NCBI GenBank assembly: GCA_039815185.1
Contig: JBCBZT010000006.1
Location: 152,239-216,238, forward strand
Length of the DNA stretch: 64,000 bases
From: Cyanobacteria bacterium P01_A01_bin.123
Lineage (GTDB): Bacteria; Cyanobacteriota; Cyanobacteriia; Phormidesmidales; Phormidesmidaceae
Reading direction: 5' to 3'
Shown piece by piece: positions 48,925-59,068 of the stretch. Positions within the stretch are counted from its first letter, which is position 1. Every line of letters starts with the position of its first letter. Position numbers and translations under genes: made by a program. The notes under the pieces are model-generated. The model saw only the letters and a program-made list of their open reading frames with translations, was not told the origin of the DNA and did no database searches.

Positions 48925-50154
48925 TTAGGCTAAGCCTAATTTCATGAGTCCCTGATGAAGGCGTTGTGCTTCATCAGGGTTTTGGTGTTGGTACAGGGTC
49001 AGCGCAGCGTTAAAAGCCCGACGACTGTCAGGCAGTTTCCCGAGTTTGAACAGGGCTACACCTAGATTTTGATAGGCTTCGGCGTAGGCCCGATCGAGCT
49101 GAATGGCCCGTTGATAAGCTTTAATGGCTTGATCGAGATAACTATAGCCTTTTGCCCGATAGACGGTACCTAAATTAAAATGGGCGACTGCTAGATTCGG
49201 ATCAACAACAGTGGCCGCTGCGAAGGCAGCGATCGCGTTGTCATATTGTTCTTGCTGCTTAAAAACGCTCCCTAGATTGATCTGAGCACCCAGCTTGAGC
49301 ATCTCCAAGATGGGTTGCTTGAGAGCCTGCTGATAATGGAAGATCGCCTGATCGGGTTGGGCCAGATAGCGATGAGCCAAGCCCAGGTGATAGTGCAAAT
49401 CATAGGCGATCATGGGATCGTCTGTGTCCCCTAAACTCGCCAGCCCTTGATCTAATAGCGGTAGTGCCTTTGACCAGTCTCCTTGCTGGCCGTAAAGGGC
49501 ACCCAGCTTACTGCAGATATAGGCATCGTTAGGGTGGGTGGCCAGATAAGCGGCCATGGTAGTTTGGGCACGGTTGAATTTGTCGTTAAGGGCAATCGCG
49601 TCGGGTTGATAGCCACTGTGTGAAATCGCCACGGCAGGCAGCGTCACCACCTGCCAGTGGCGGTCTTGCTGCATCAGCTGGGTAACGCTGTCGTCAATCG
49701 TTTCATGGTAAGGCCGGTTGAAGCGAATTTCTGGGCGGTTGCGAAAGAGTCGCGACACGAGAGAATAGGGCGATTGTTGTGCCCCGATTTCTTGTCGAAT
49801 TAGGTTGACGGCCAGGATTGAGTCAGGGCTTAGGTTCAAACTTGCGATCACCTCACCCCGAACAATGGGTTGAATCAGTTCCCGAGCGGCTGGGGTCAAA
49901 ATTTCATCCCCATCGAGCACTAAAACCCAATCCCCCGTAGCTTGCTCAAGGGTGTGATTGCGAGCTGCCGCAAAATCATTTTCCCACGGGATAGAGGCGG
50001 TCTTGCCCCCCAGCGATTGGGCGATTTTCACCGTGTTATCGGTAGACCCGGTATCAAACACCAGCGTTTCGTCTACGAGTCCTTGAACACTCTCTAAGAC
50101 TTGCGGCAAGTTAGCGGCTTCGTTTTTGACGATCATGCACAAGCTTAAAGTCAT
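48925..50154 (-). CDS. GT2 glycosyltransferase with TPR repeats
   Basis: LSLCMIVKNE, DTGSTD, FAAARN, LDGDE; C-terminal TPRs. Confidence 0.9.
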   Translation of the reverse strand: MTLSLCMIVKNEAANLPQVLESVQGLVDETLVFDTGSTDNTVKIAQSLGGKTASIPWENDFAAARNHTLEQATGDWVLVLDGDEILTPAARELIQPIVRGEVIASLNLSPDSILAVNLIRQEIGAQQSPYSLVSRLFRNRPEIRFNRPYHETIDDSVTQLMQQDRHWQVVTLPAVAISHSGYQPDAIALNDKFNRAQTTMAAYLATHPNDAYICSKLGALYGQQGDWSKALPLLDQGLASLGDTDDPMIAYDLHYHLGLAHRYLAQPDQAIFHYQQALKQPILEMLKLGAQINLGSVFKQQEQYDNAIAAFAAATVVDPNLAVAHFNLGTVYRAKGYSYLDQAIKAYQRAIQLDRAYAEAYQNLGVALFKLGKLPDSRRAFNAALTLYQHQNPDEAQRLHQGLMKLGLA

Positions 50155-50167
50155 GGCTGCAAACGCG

Positions 50168-51601
50168 TTATCCGGCGGACTGCATGGTTTGTTGAGCGAT
50201 GGTTAGGGCCTGCCTTACCTGCTGAAATCCAGTACCGCCATAGCTGTTGCGGGCTGCGACGACTTGCTTGGGGGCGATCGCGTCGTAAATGTCTCGTTCA
50301 AAGGCCGGGTGTAGCGATTGCCATTCTTCCAGGGTTAAATCCTTGAGCAATTTATTGGCAGACAACGAGGTTTTAACAACTTTGCCCACCAAATTATAAG
50401 CCTCCCGAAACGGCACGCCCTTGGTCGCAAGATAGTCTGCAACATCTGTCGCATTAGAAAAATCTGCGGCCACGGCTGCGGCTAACTGCTGGGGTCGAAA
50501 CGTCAATCCTTCCTGCAGCAAAATGGTCATGGCCGCTAAGCAACCCTGGGTTGTTTTAACCGTATCAAACAGGGCTTCCTTATCCTCTTGTAGATCTTTG
50601 TTGTAGGCCAGGGGTAGCCCTTTCATCAACACCAGCAAACCACTGAGGTGACCGAAAACGCGCCCTGTTTTACCGCGCACCAGCTCAGGCACATCGGGAT
50701 TTTTCTTTTGGGGCATGATGCTTGAACCCGTCGAACAGCTGTCATTTAAGGTGACGAAGCTAAATTCTTCTGAAGCCCACAGAATCACTTCCTCGGCCAA
50801 GCGCGACAGGTGCACCATAATCAGGCTGGCCGCACAGGTAAATTCGATGGCAAAGTCGCGATCGCTGACGCCGTCCAAGCTATTAGCATAGATGCGCTCA
50901 AAGCCCAGCAGTTCGGCACTATAGTGGCGATCGATGGGAAAGGTTGTCCCTGCCAGCGCCCCTGACCCCAAAGGGCAGATATTGACTCGCTTATACACAT
51001 CGCCTAGACGCTCCCAGTCGCGCTGAGCCATTTCAAAATAGGCCAGTAAGTGGTGAGCCAAACTTAAAGGCTGGGCTCGCTGCAGATGCGTATAGCCTGG
51101 AATCAAGGTTTCCACGTGTTGCTGAGCATGGTCGAGCAAAGCCTGCTGAAACTGTCGTAGGTGGTGGCGAATTTGATCAATTTGGTCGCGCAAATAAAGC
51201 CGCGTGTCGGTACCCACTTGATCGTTACGCGATCGCGCCGTGTGTAACTTTTTGCCTACATCCCCAACCAGTTGGGTTAAGCGATGCTCAACTGCAAAGT
51301 GGACGTCTTCTTCTTCAACGCCGGGATTAAAGTCGCCTTCCCGATATTCCCGACGAATGGTCTCCAATCCGTTGACTAATTGTTCGCCTTCTTCAGGCGT
51401 AATAATGCCGGTCTTCGCCAGCATTTTGGCGTGGGCCTGAGACCCACTCAAGTCATAGTCAATCAGCTCAATGTCAAACCCAATGCTGGCATTAAATTGA
51501 GCAATCACCGGATGGAGTGCTGACTCAAATCGCTGGCTCCAGGTTTGGGAAGACGGGTTAATACTAGTCAAAGCTTGCCCCTGTAATGTGATGAGACTCA
51601 A
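50168..51601 (-). CDS. argH: Argininosuccinate lyase (start may be slightly downstream)
   Basis: [31 protein letters not shown]. Confidence 0.97.
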   Translation of the reverse strand: MSLITLQGQALTSINPSSQTWSQRFESALHPVIAQFNASIGFDIELIDYDLSGSQAHAKMLAKTGIITPEEGEQLVNGLETIRREYREGDFNPGVEEEDVHFAVEHRLTQLVGDVGKKLHTARSRNDQVGTDTRLYLRDQIDQIRHHLRQFQQALLDHAQQHVETLIPGYTHLQRAQPLSLAHHLLAYFEMAQRDWERLGDVYKRVNICPLGSGALAGTTFPIDRHYSAELLGFERIYANSLDGVSDRDFAIEFTCAASLIMVHLSRLAEEVILWASEEFSFVTLNDSCSTGSSIMPQKKNPDVPELVRGKTGRVFGHLSGLLVLMKGLPLAYNKDLQEDKEALFDTVKTTQGCLAAMTILLQEGLTFRPQQLAAAVAADFSNATDVADYLATKGVPFREAYNLVGKVVKTSLSANKLLKDLTLEEWQSLHPAFERDIYDAIAPKQVVAARNSYGGTGFQQVRQALTIAQQTMQSAG

Positions 51602-51709
51602 CCCCAGTCAAATTGAAACGTTGAGTAGGAGCACAGAGCCCTGCACCCCTGCTTGAAAATCGCTTAAGCGTTTAGCTCAGGAAGATCTGTAGATTTAGAT
51701 ATAAACCGC

Positions 51710-51775
51710 GTCCACATCCAGATCCACAGTTTTTCCTTAAGCTAAAACTCCAGGTTTCAAATCGGATGTGGTTTA
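51710..51775 (-). repeat. Copy of ~65-bp quasi-palindromic intergenic repeat
   Basis: GTCCACATCC...AAAACTCCAGGTTTCAAATCGGATGTGGTTTA. Confidence 0.7.
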
Positions 51776-51783
51776 GATGAGAT

Positions 51784-52164
51784 TTAATAAGTCGTAAGGC
51801 CACGAATCAGATAGCCCAGAATCACACCGATGATCAAAGCCCATACTTGCCCAGAATCAATAAAATGTCTGACAGCCGCACCTAAATCGCCCAAAATATC
51901 TTGGTCGAATTGCTGGGCCAATATCATTGCCTGCGATTCACCGGATGACTGAGCAGTTACCCCAAGCAGCGTTGTGATTTCTGAGGCGGGAATGGCTGTT
52001 GACCAAGACTGCTCAACCAACCCAGCATCGCCAGTGAGTGAAATTGTGTGGGTGGGTTGCAGACTCCAAGGCTCTTGGATCGCAGGCAGATTATCTAACA
52101 TGGCTATCCACGCGGCTCCCGATACATTGACGATACGCTCCCAAAATATACCAATCTTTGTCAT
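51784..52164 (-). CDS. Cyanobacterial hypothetical protein with C-terminal TM
   Basis: FIDSGQVWALIIGVILGY C-terminus. Confidence 0.65.
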   Translation of the reverse strand: MTKIGIFWERIVNVSGAAWIAMLDNLPAIQEPWSLQPTHTISLTGDAGLVEQSWSTAIPASEITTLLGVTAQSSGESQAMILAQQFDQDILGDLGAAVRHFIDSGQVWALIIGVILGYLIRGLTTY

Positions 52165-52370
52165 GTAGCGATGTTGTGCAGGTAAATTTCCTTAAAAAGC
52201 TGTCTGAATCAAGTCAACTTAGCCCCGGATGCTTCTTCAATAATCTTGTCCAAGTCAGAATCTTGCCAAGTCTAGATCTAGAGTTTTGGCTGTGGGGAAA
52301 CTCCCTATTCAGCGCGAGACTTGATTCGATCTCGACTCAAAATTTTCAGAGAGCCTGAGCATCACCCTGC

Positions 52371-53009
52371 TTAATCCTGAGAGTCCAATGTTTGGGGTGC
52401 CTTAGGTCGAAATTCTAACCACAACGTTACCCCTAACCAACCCACCACAATCAGCAAAGCCAGGACAGTAAATTGAGCTACCCAACCCACCAAAGTCGCC
52501 AATGGGATCAAACGTCCGACAAAGTAGGTCAAACTCACCATTACGGACGCCCAAGTGGCAGCCCCAATAAAATTGCACAATAAAAACTGAGGATAAGGCA
52601 TCTGGGCAATTCCAGCCAGGGGGCCTGCAAAAATCCGCAACAGCGCCACGAATCGCCCCAACAAAACTGCCCTTGGCGCATTTTCGCTAAATCGAGTTTT
52701 GACTTGCAGCAGTTGTTCCTCTTTGATCCGAAATAGTTTGCCCAGACGTTGCAGCAAGGGCCAACCGCCCCAGACCCCTAACCAGTAGCCAAAATTATCG
52801 CCTAATACTGCACCCGCGATCGCGCAGCCCAGAACATACCAATAATTGAGGTCATCTCCGCCAGCCAAAAATCCACCCGCTAGTGTAATGGTTTCCCCCG
52901 GAATAGGAATGCCCGTATTTTCCAACATGATCCCAATAAAAATTGCCCAATAGCCATAGTTTTGGGCAACCTGCTGGATCGTTTCGAGGGATAGAAACTC
53001 TAAAGACAT
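52371..53009 (-). CDS. DedA family membrane protein
   Basis: ENTGIPIPGE, GDNFGYWLG, GRFVALLR. Confidence 0.92.
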   Translation of the reverse strand: MSLEFLSLETIQQVAQNYGYWAIFIGIMLENTGIPIPGETITLAGGFLAGGDDLNYWYVLGCAIAGAVLGDNFGYWLGVWGGWPLLQRLGKLFRIKEEQLLQVKTRFSENAPRAVLLGRFVALLRIFAGPLAGIAQMPYPQFLLCNFIGAATWASVMVSLTYFVGRLIPLATLVGWVAQFTVLALLIVVGWLGVTLWLEFRPKAPQTLDSQD

Positions 53010-53254
53010 TCAGATCAGATATATGTGAACTTTCCTAACGACTATTCTAAGCCGGGCTCAGGTTAGACTCGTCAGCTTTCCCAAGAAAAGGTGAATGACG
53101 GGAAATAACCAAGATTGATTGAGCCAATGTGGGGCTAAGGCGATCGCCAAAAGTCGGTTACACCACGAGCGTACCCACAACAATGCACAGCAAAGAGGTG
53201 GAGCGACTTTCTTCACCCCACCCACATAAAAGATTCAGTTGCCAAAGGTTTCAA

Positions 53255-53809
53255 CTAGGCATTGCCAAACGTCGGCATTGCCAAACCACCTGGGTCATCA
53301 CCGGAAAAACTAGGTAGATCTAAACCTTGGGTGCGCCGAGTCCTGACGGCCAATCGGTAGCTAACGCTTTGCAACTCGGCTTGTAACTGTCGATTTTCTT
53401 GCTGAACCTTAGCCACTTTTTCGCGCACCAAAGCCATCCGCTCAGCAAACTTTTGCTTGTAAACTTTGGGCAATTCTTGAACGACCTGCTCTAGCATCCG
53501 TGAGCGATCGGTGAGCTCTTGAACGGTATGTCTAAGCTGGTGAATATCTTGGTCTCGATCTGAAATTTGAGTTTGATAAAACTCAACCTGCTTTTCTACA
53601 CCCTGAAGCTGCTCTCGCAATGCCCGCACCTCTGCTTGATGCCGTTCCGAGACTTCAGGTGGCGGCATGAAGTTGGCATTGCCTTTGACTAGCCGAAAAA
53701 GCTCTTGGGAAAGCTGCTGAACAAGCTGATCTCGCATTTGCAGCTCTTCTTGTAAACGAGCTACCTCGGCTTGGCTATCCGATAAATTGAGATGGGCAAG
53801 CTGACTCAC
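53255..53809 (-). CDS. Cyanobacterial coiled-coil protein (Npun_F5560-like)
   Basis: LQMRDQLVQQLSQELFRLVKGN, ELQSVSYRLA. Confidence 0.75.
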   Translation of the reverse strand: MSQLAHLNLSDSQAEVARLQEELQMRDQLVQQLSQELFRLVKGNANFMPPPEVSERHQAEVRALREQLQGVEKQVEFYQTQISDRDQDIHQLRHTVQELTDRSRMLEQVVQELPKVYKQKFAERMALVREKVAKVQQENRQLQAELQSVSYRLAVRTRRTQGLDLPSFSGDDPGGLAMPTFGNA

Positions 53810-54076
53810 AGGGGAACTCCGTTAAATACGCCTTACAGTGGACTTCGGATCAATGTAGATGCAGATTACGATACTTTTGGGCATAACTTTACCACCGTTT
53901 TCAGAAAATGGCACATTCTTTGGGGCTTAAATTTAAACCTCATCCCTCTCGTCTCGATCGAGGGTTTTTAGCGTCAGCAAAAACCCAAGTTCTCAAACCT
54001 GATGGAGGACAATACCGGATTCAAATGCTTCACGCAGCTTAACCTTTAGGGTTCCTTTAAAAATCATAGATCACCG

Positions 54077-54121
54077 TCTAAAAAAATTAGGGGCGCGATT
54101 GGCGCCCCTAATTTTTTTAGA
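54077..54121. terminator. Perfect 20-bp-arm hairpin; terminator downstream of rpsF
   Basis: TCTAAAAAAATTAGGGGCGC-GATTG-GCGCCCCTAATTTTTTTAGA. Confidence 0.85.
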
Positions 54122-54219
54122 TGTAATTCTTAATCAAACCTTGCTGCATCCCAATCCTATCGTTTCCGCTCTCGGGGCTCAGAGCCTGCGCCTCGACATC
54201 AGCTTTCAACTCGGAAGGG

Positions 54220-54633
54220 TTATGCTTCAACCTGAACGGGAGCATCTGTTGCAGGAGCATCCACAACAGGCGTGTCTATAGGCTCACTCGAGACGACTGG
54301 TACCTCAGGGACCTCAACGTCATCAGCTTCAGATCCGTCATCCTCAACCTCCTGCTTAACCGTGAGGTAGCGGATGACTTCTTCACTGAGTCGCATGGCT
54401 CGTTCTAAGGGGGCAATCGCGTTGCCGGGAGCGTTATAGTTCATCTGGATATAAATCCCCTCGCGGTGGCGATCAATTTCATAGGCCAAACGTCGCTTGC
54501 CCCGATGTTGGGTTTCCAGGATCTCACTGCCCTGTTCTGTCAGTAAACTTTGGTACTTGCCAATCACCTGATCTACGGCTTCATCTCCCAAGTCAGGCCG
54601 TAGGATATACATGGTCTCGTATATGTAGCTCAT
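54220..54633 (-). CDS. rpsF: 30S ribosomal protein S6
   Basis: [19 protein letters not shown], acidic tail; AAGGAG SD. Confidence 0.97.
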   Translation of the reverse strand: MSYIYETMYILRPDLGDEAVDQVIGKYQSLLTEQGSEILETQHRGKRRLAYEIDRHREGIYIQMNYNAPGNAIAPLERAMRLSEEVIRYLTVKQEVEDDGSEADDVEVPEVPVVSSEPIDTPVVDAPATDAPVQVEA

Positions 54634-54641
54634 TCAAATCG

Positions 54642-54740
54642 CTCCTTATGGACAAAATGGCCTTTTCCTCACGCTCGCTGCAGTCTCCCCTGTAATCCTG
54701 AATCACTGGGGAGATTGCCTGAATGAGGAAAAGGCAAGGA
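54642..54740 (-). promoter_or_regulatory. rpsF leader (S6:S18-type cis-regulatory RNA)
   Basis: 5' TCCTT can pair with SD AAGGA; CCA precedes the SD; 12-bp stem GCCTTTTCCTCA/TGAGGAAAAGGC with an inner stem. Confidence 0.65.
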
Positions 54741-54772
54741 TTTACAATCATAGCAAGAACTTCACCAACAAT

Positions 54773-55594
54773 ATGGCGCAACGTTACGTTCGAGTGCAAT
54801 TTCAAGCTGGGCAACTCTATTACGGTCTGCTGCAAGCAGATCAAACGGTACAGGTGTTAGATGCACCACCCTGGCTAATTGGGCAAGTGACAGAAACCGA
54901 ATTAACCCCAGACAGCTATATAATGCTGGCGCCCTGTGCGCCTTCAAAAGTCGTTGCCGTGGGCCAAAATTATGCCAAGCACGTGGCTGAAATGGGTGGG
55001 GAAGCTCCCTCTGAACCGTTGCTGTTTATTAAGCCTTCAACGACAGTGATATCGGCAGGGTCAGTGATTCGTTATCCGGCGGCGTCTCAACGGGTTGACT
55101 ATGAAGGGGAATTGGCACTCATTATTGGCGATCGCTGTGTAGACTGTACCCCTGAGGTAGCCCGCTCTAAAATTTGGGGTTACACCATTGCCAATGATGT
55201 CACCGCTCGCGATTTGCAAAGGCACGATGGTCAGTGGACACGAGCCAAGGGATTCGACACGTTTTGCCCATTGGGGCCTTGGATTGTCCGCGAACTGCCG
55301 CCAGCGGCAAAGTTGCAAACGTTCTTAAATAATGATCCTGAGCCAGTGCAGTCGGCATCGATTGATGAAATGGTATTTGGCCCAGCTGCCCTGGTCTCTT
55401 TTATCAGTCAGGTGATGACGCTCTTGCCGGGCGATGTGGTGCTGACGGGTACCCCTGCTGGCGTTGGGCCCCTGCAAATTGGCGATCGCGTTCGAGTCGA
55501 GATTGAAGGCATTGGTTCCTTGGAAAACGAAGTCAAGCCCCGAAATTCCTCAGAATTGCTCACAGATCTTAATAAAGTGAAGGCAGGTTCCTGA
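54773..55594 (+). CDS. Fumarylacetoacetate hydrolase family protein
   Basis: VDYEGEL, NDVTARD, KGFDTFCPLGP, LTGTPAG. Confidence 0.92.
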   Translation: MAQRYVRVQFQAGQLYYGLLQADQTVQVLDAPPWLIGQVTETELTPDSYIMLAPCAPSKVVAVGQNYAKHVAEMGGEAPSEPLLFIKPSTTVISAGSVIRYPAASQRVDYEGELALIIGDRCVDCTPEVARSKIWGYTIANDVTARDLQRHDGQWTRAKGFDTFCPLGPWIVRELPPAAKLQTFLNNDPEPVQSASIDEMVFGPAALVSFISQVMTLLPGDVVLTGTPAGVGPLQIGDRVRVEIEGIGSLENEVKPRNSSELLTDLNKVKAGS

Positions 55595-55707
55595 TTTGCA
55601 TTAAGAATAGAGAAGGCTTAATTAGAGCTACCCCCCCAAGCCTCGACTTTGGGCCCTGTCATTGCCCAACTAGTGCCCGTAATCACCATTGTTTCAGGAT
55701 TCTCACT

Positions 55708-56067
55708 ATGTTGGTTGGAATTAAAGCTTTTGAAGCCCGCTGGTTAGAGTTACGGAGTTTGTATCCGACCACGGCAGAAGAAAATATTATCATTGCCCAT
55801 GCCATGGGGCGGCTGACGGATCACTACGAAACCGCAGAAGAAATCATTGGGACGCTACCCATCCAATTGAGGACGCTGTTTCAGGAACTGATGGAGGCGT
55901 ACTTGAATGGCTACACCGCAAAGCAACCCACGAAGGTGTCTCATCAGCAGTCCAACGCTCAACAGTCGCAAACTGCCAAATCGCTGCGCCCAGACTGGAA
56001 TGATCGAAGCGCTGCAGAAACTTTGATTTTAGATCGAGAGTATATTGAAACTTTAGACTTGTCCTAG
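55708..56067 (+). CDS. Hypothetical protein
   Basis: 119-aa ATG ORF filling the gap before dnaX. Confidence 0.55.
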   Translation: MLVGIKAFEARWLELRSLYPTTAEENIIIAHAMGRLTDHYETAEEIIGTLPIQLRTLFQELMEAYLNGYTAKQPTKVSHQQSNAQQSQTAKSLRPDWNDRSAAETLILDREYIETLDLS

Positions 56068-56112
56068 GTGTCGGCTTGTTCACGGCCAGAAAATACGGGG
56101 TATCGTAGTGCT

Positions 56113-58203
56113 ATGAGCTACGAGCCGCTACACCACAAATATCGTCCCCAAACCTTTGCCCATTTGGTGGGGCAAGGGGCGATCGCAGCGACGCTATCCA
56201 ACGCCCTACGTCAAAATCGGATAGCCCCAGCCTACTTGTTTAGCGGTCCCCGGGGAACTGGGAAAACATCCAGTGCGCGGATTCTGGCTAAATCACTAAA
56301 TTGTCTAGAAACAGACGGGCCCACCCCAGACCCTTGCGGCGTGTGCGATATCTGTCAGTCTATTACCCGAGGCACAGCCTTGGACGTCATTGAAATTGAC
56401 GCGGCTAGCAATACCGGTGTTGACAACATTCGTGAACTGATTGAACGGGCCCAGTTTGCCCCAGTCCAGTGTCGTCATAAGGTCTATGTGATTGATGAGT
56501 GTCACATGCTAAGCACGGCGGCATTTAACGCGCTGCTCAAGACCTTAGAAGAACCCCCAGAACAGGTCGTGTTTGTGCTGGCAACGACTGATCCCCAGCG
56601 GGTGCTGCCGACGATTGTTTCCCGCTGCCAGCGGTTTGACTTTCGCCGTATTCCCTTAGAAGACATGGTGGTTCATCTCACCGCCATTGCTAAAACTGAA
56701 GCGATCGCGATTCATCCCGATGCCCTGCGTTTGGTCGCCCAGATGTCCCAAGGGGGGCTGCGGGATGCGGAAAGCTTGTTAGATCAACTGAGCCTGCTTG
56801 AAGGAGAAGTCATCATTGAGCGAGTTTGGGAACTAGTTGGGGCCGTTCCCGAACGAGATTTGTTGGGGCTAGTGGAGGCGATTGCCCAAGACGATAGCGC
56901 CACTGTGCTCGATCAAGCGCGTCACTTGATGAATCGGGGGCGAGAACCGCTAATGGTGCTGCAAAGCCTAGCCGGATTCTACCGAGATCTGATTATTGCT
57001 AAAACTGCACCCGATCGAGCTGATTTAGTGGCAATCACGCCATCGACCTGGCAGGCCATGACCGATTTTGTGGCCGCCATGGCACTGCCAACCTTATTGT
57101 TGGGCCAACAGCACCTACGAGCTGCAGAAGTCCAAATCAAAAATACCACCCAGCCTCGCCTCTGGTTAGAAGTAACCCTGCTAGGGTTGCTCCCCGCCGC
57201 GTTAAGCAGTCAGCAGCGCCTCAATCAGCCAGCCCAATCAATCCCATCTCAATCAATCCGTGGCGCAGCGGTTCAAACTCAGACGGCAGCACCCAAAGCG
57301 GTCTCCCCTAACAGGTCGTTAGCTGATTCATCTGCAGAGGCTGCGCAAGCCCCCCTTGAGGAAAAGGCTCGTGGCGCGCCTGAATTGATTCCGCCCAGAG
57401 TCGAATCATCAGAGGTGCTAAGTTCGGATGACGCGACTCAAAGTGAAGCAGCTGAAAGTGAAGCAGCTGAAAGCAAAGCCGATGCAACGCCTGCTGCTGA
57501 TGTAACCAATCCTACTGGCGCGAGCCAGCAAAACACTGAAAACCTGTCGGAGATCTGGTGTCAAATTGTGGCTACCCTCCAACCCTTAGGGACACGAGCC
57601 TTAATGCAACAGCAAGGGCGATTATTGAGTTTTGCAGACAATCAAGCCCAGGTGGGTATTAGTTCTCAGCCCCTGTTTCGGATGGCAAAGCAGCGGTTAC
57701 CTAATGTTGAAACCGCCTTTAAGCAGGTGTTTGGGCGAGAGATCAAGGTATCTTTTGAAATTGCGACGCTTCCAGAGTCAACCCCGGCATCGGGTTCGGA
57801 CCCGAATTTAGGTAACGGTTCCAGTAACGGTTCCAGTAACGGGCCGAGCCCGGAAGCATTGTCCAACCCGGATGCTTTGCCCCCTGCACCGCCCAACCCA
57901 ACTGGATTGCCCCCCCAGCCACCGATTGCCCAGAATCTACCGCCGGCGATCCCACCGCCACCGTCTAATGCCAATTCGCCACCGACGGCAATGAATGGGA
58001 CTCATGGAGGAGGGCTTAGCTCATCTCCTGTAGCGGGCGAGAATGGAGCCACTTGGCGTAGTGAAAGCGACCTTGATCGAGCCGTTAAAAGTTTTGCGCA
58101 GTTCTTTAACGGTCAGGTTGTCAATTTGGATGATGAGATTGATCCAGAGTCTTCTAATGGCAATGGGGCCGGTCATATACGCGATCGCGACGTGCCTTTT
58201 TAA
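56113..58203 (+). CDS. dnaX: DNA polymerase III subunit gamma/tau
   Basis: KYRPQTF, GPRGTGKTS, EIDAAS, IDECHML, SRC. Confidence 0.97.
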   Translation: MSYEPLHHKYRPQTFAHLVGQGAIAATLSNALRQNRIAPAYLFSGPRGTGKTSSARILAKSLNCLETDGPTPDPCGVCDICQSITRGTALDVIEIDAASNTGVDNIRELIERAQFAPVQCRHKVYVIDECHMLSTAAFNALLKTLEEPPEQVVFVLATTDPQRVLPTIVSRCQRFDFRRIPLEDMVVHLTAIAKTEAIAIHPDALRLVAQMSQGGLRDAESLLDQLSLLEGEVIIERVWELVGAVPERDLLGLVEAIAQDDSATVLDQARHLMNRGREPLMVLQSLAGFYRDLIIAKTAPDRADLVAITPSTWQAMTDFVAAMALPTLLLGQQHLRAAEVQIKNTTQPRLWLEVTLLGLLPAALSSQQRLNQPAQSIPSQSIRGAAVQTQTAAPKAVSPNRSLADSSAEAAQAPLEEKARGAPELIPPRVESSEVLSSDDATQSEAAESEAAESKADATPAADVTNPTGASQQNTENLSEIWCQIVATLQPLGTRALMQQQGRLLSFADNQAQVGISSQPLFRMAKQRLPNVETAFKQVFGREIKVSFEIATLPESTPASGSDPNLGNGSSNGSSNGPSPEALSNPDALPPAPPNPTGLPPQPPIAQNLPPAIPPPPSNANSPPTAMNGTHGGGLSSSPVAGENGATWRSESDLDRAVKSFAQFFNGQVVNLDDEIDPESSNGNGAGHIRDRDVPF

Positions 58204-58204
58204 T

Positions 58205-58252
58205 CATTAACCGTCCGTGACATTAACCGTCCGTGACATTAACCGTTCGTGC
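58205..58252. repeat. 16-bp unit x3 spanning the stop of the TRIC gene
   Basis: CATTAACCGTCCGTGA x2 plus CATTAACCGTTCGTGC. Confidence 0.9.
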
Positions 58253-58859
58253 CGTCACGATAGGTTAGCCAGTTTGGCATACAGAGTTTCCAGGAAATTG
58301 CGGCTGCCCGCAAACCAAAAATGGTCATAAACCCAATCCAGTGGTTAAACGCGAAGTTTGGTAGCAGCACAAGCATGACACCGTAGAGGGTACAGCCCAA
58401 CATAATCGGCGTGGCATAGAGCTCCCGAGACATCAACAAAGTCTGTCGATCAGTCAAAATATCGCGAATCAACCCCCCGCCAATTCCCGTCAATACCGAC
58501 ATGACAATTGCCACAGGGATGCTAAATTTCAGCGCCAGTGCCTTGCTCAAGGCTTGGACACTAAATAAAGCAACGCCCAAGGCGTCAAGATAAAGCAGCA
58601 AGCGGTAAGTGCTGTTAAACAACCGTGCCCCCCAAAATGTCGCGATCGCGGCCCCCAAAGCCACCCAAAGATAAACTGTCTTGTGGAGCCAAAACACCGG
58701 GGTATCCATCAAGATGTCGCGAACAGTACCGCCCCCCAAGGCTGTCACCATGCCAATCACGATGATGCTAAACAAATCCATTGATTTACGAGCTGCAGCC
58801 AACACACCCGTAATGGAAAACACCGCCGTCATCAACAGAGAAACACTATAAGTCAGCAT
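58239..58859 (-). CDS. Trimeric intracellular cation channel (UPF0126) family protein
   Basis: ALGGGTVRD, LDALG, GIGGGLIRD, ELYA. Confidence 0.88.
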   Translation of the reverse strand: MLTYSVSLLMTAVFSITGVLAAARKSMDLFSIIVIGMVTALGGGTVRDILMDTPVFWLHKTVYLWVALGAAIATFWGARLFNSTYRLLLYLDALGVALFSVQALSKALALKFSIPVAIVMSVLTGIGGGLIRDILTDRQTLLMSRELYATPIMLGCTLYGVMLVLLPNFAFNHWIGFMTIFGLRAAAISWKLCMPNWLTYRDGTNG

Positions 58860-58954
58860 GATTTATTCGTGGGCGAGTTGCGTGATCCTACCCTTAGCTT
58901 CCCACCAGATTGCACAGCTTACATGGCACATGGGCGATGGGCAATCGCCCATCC

Positions 58955-59068
58955 CCGTTCTCAATCTCCCAATAAATTGCAGAGTTTATACATTGCACGG
59001 ATTATAGATAGATCGCTTAGCTCCGTTCTTAATCTCCCAATAAATTGCAGAGCTTATACACAGCACGG
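58955..59068. repeat. 46-bp imperfect direct repeat duplicating the speB 3' end
   Basis: 58955-59000 vs 59023-59068, 42/46 identical. Confidence 0.9.

Noticed and set aside
52277..52302. Partial repeat copy (GAGTTTTGGCTGTGGGGAAACT)
   Set aside because: Too short and degenerate without a profile search.
56113..58203. Intein or programmed frameshift in dnaX
   Set aside because: AAA+ motifs are contiguous with no intein; no A AAA AAG-type slippery site noticed; the short 12/15-bp repeats lie in-frame in disordered linkers.
58205..58252. Mini CRISPR array
   Set aside because: Repeats are contiguous with no spacers; no cas genes.
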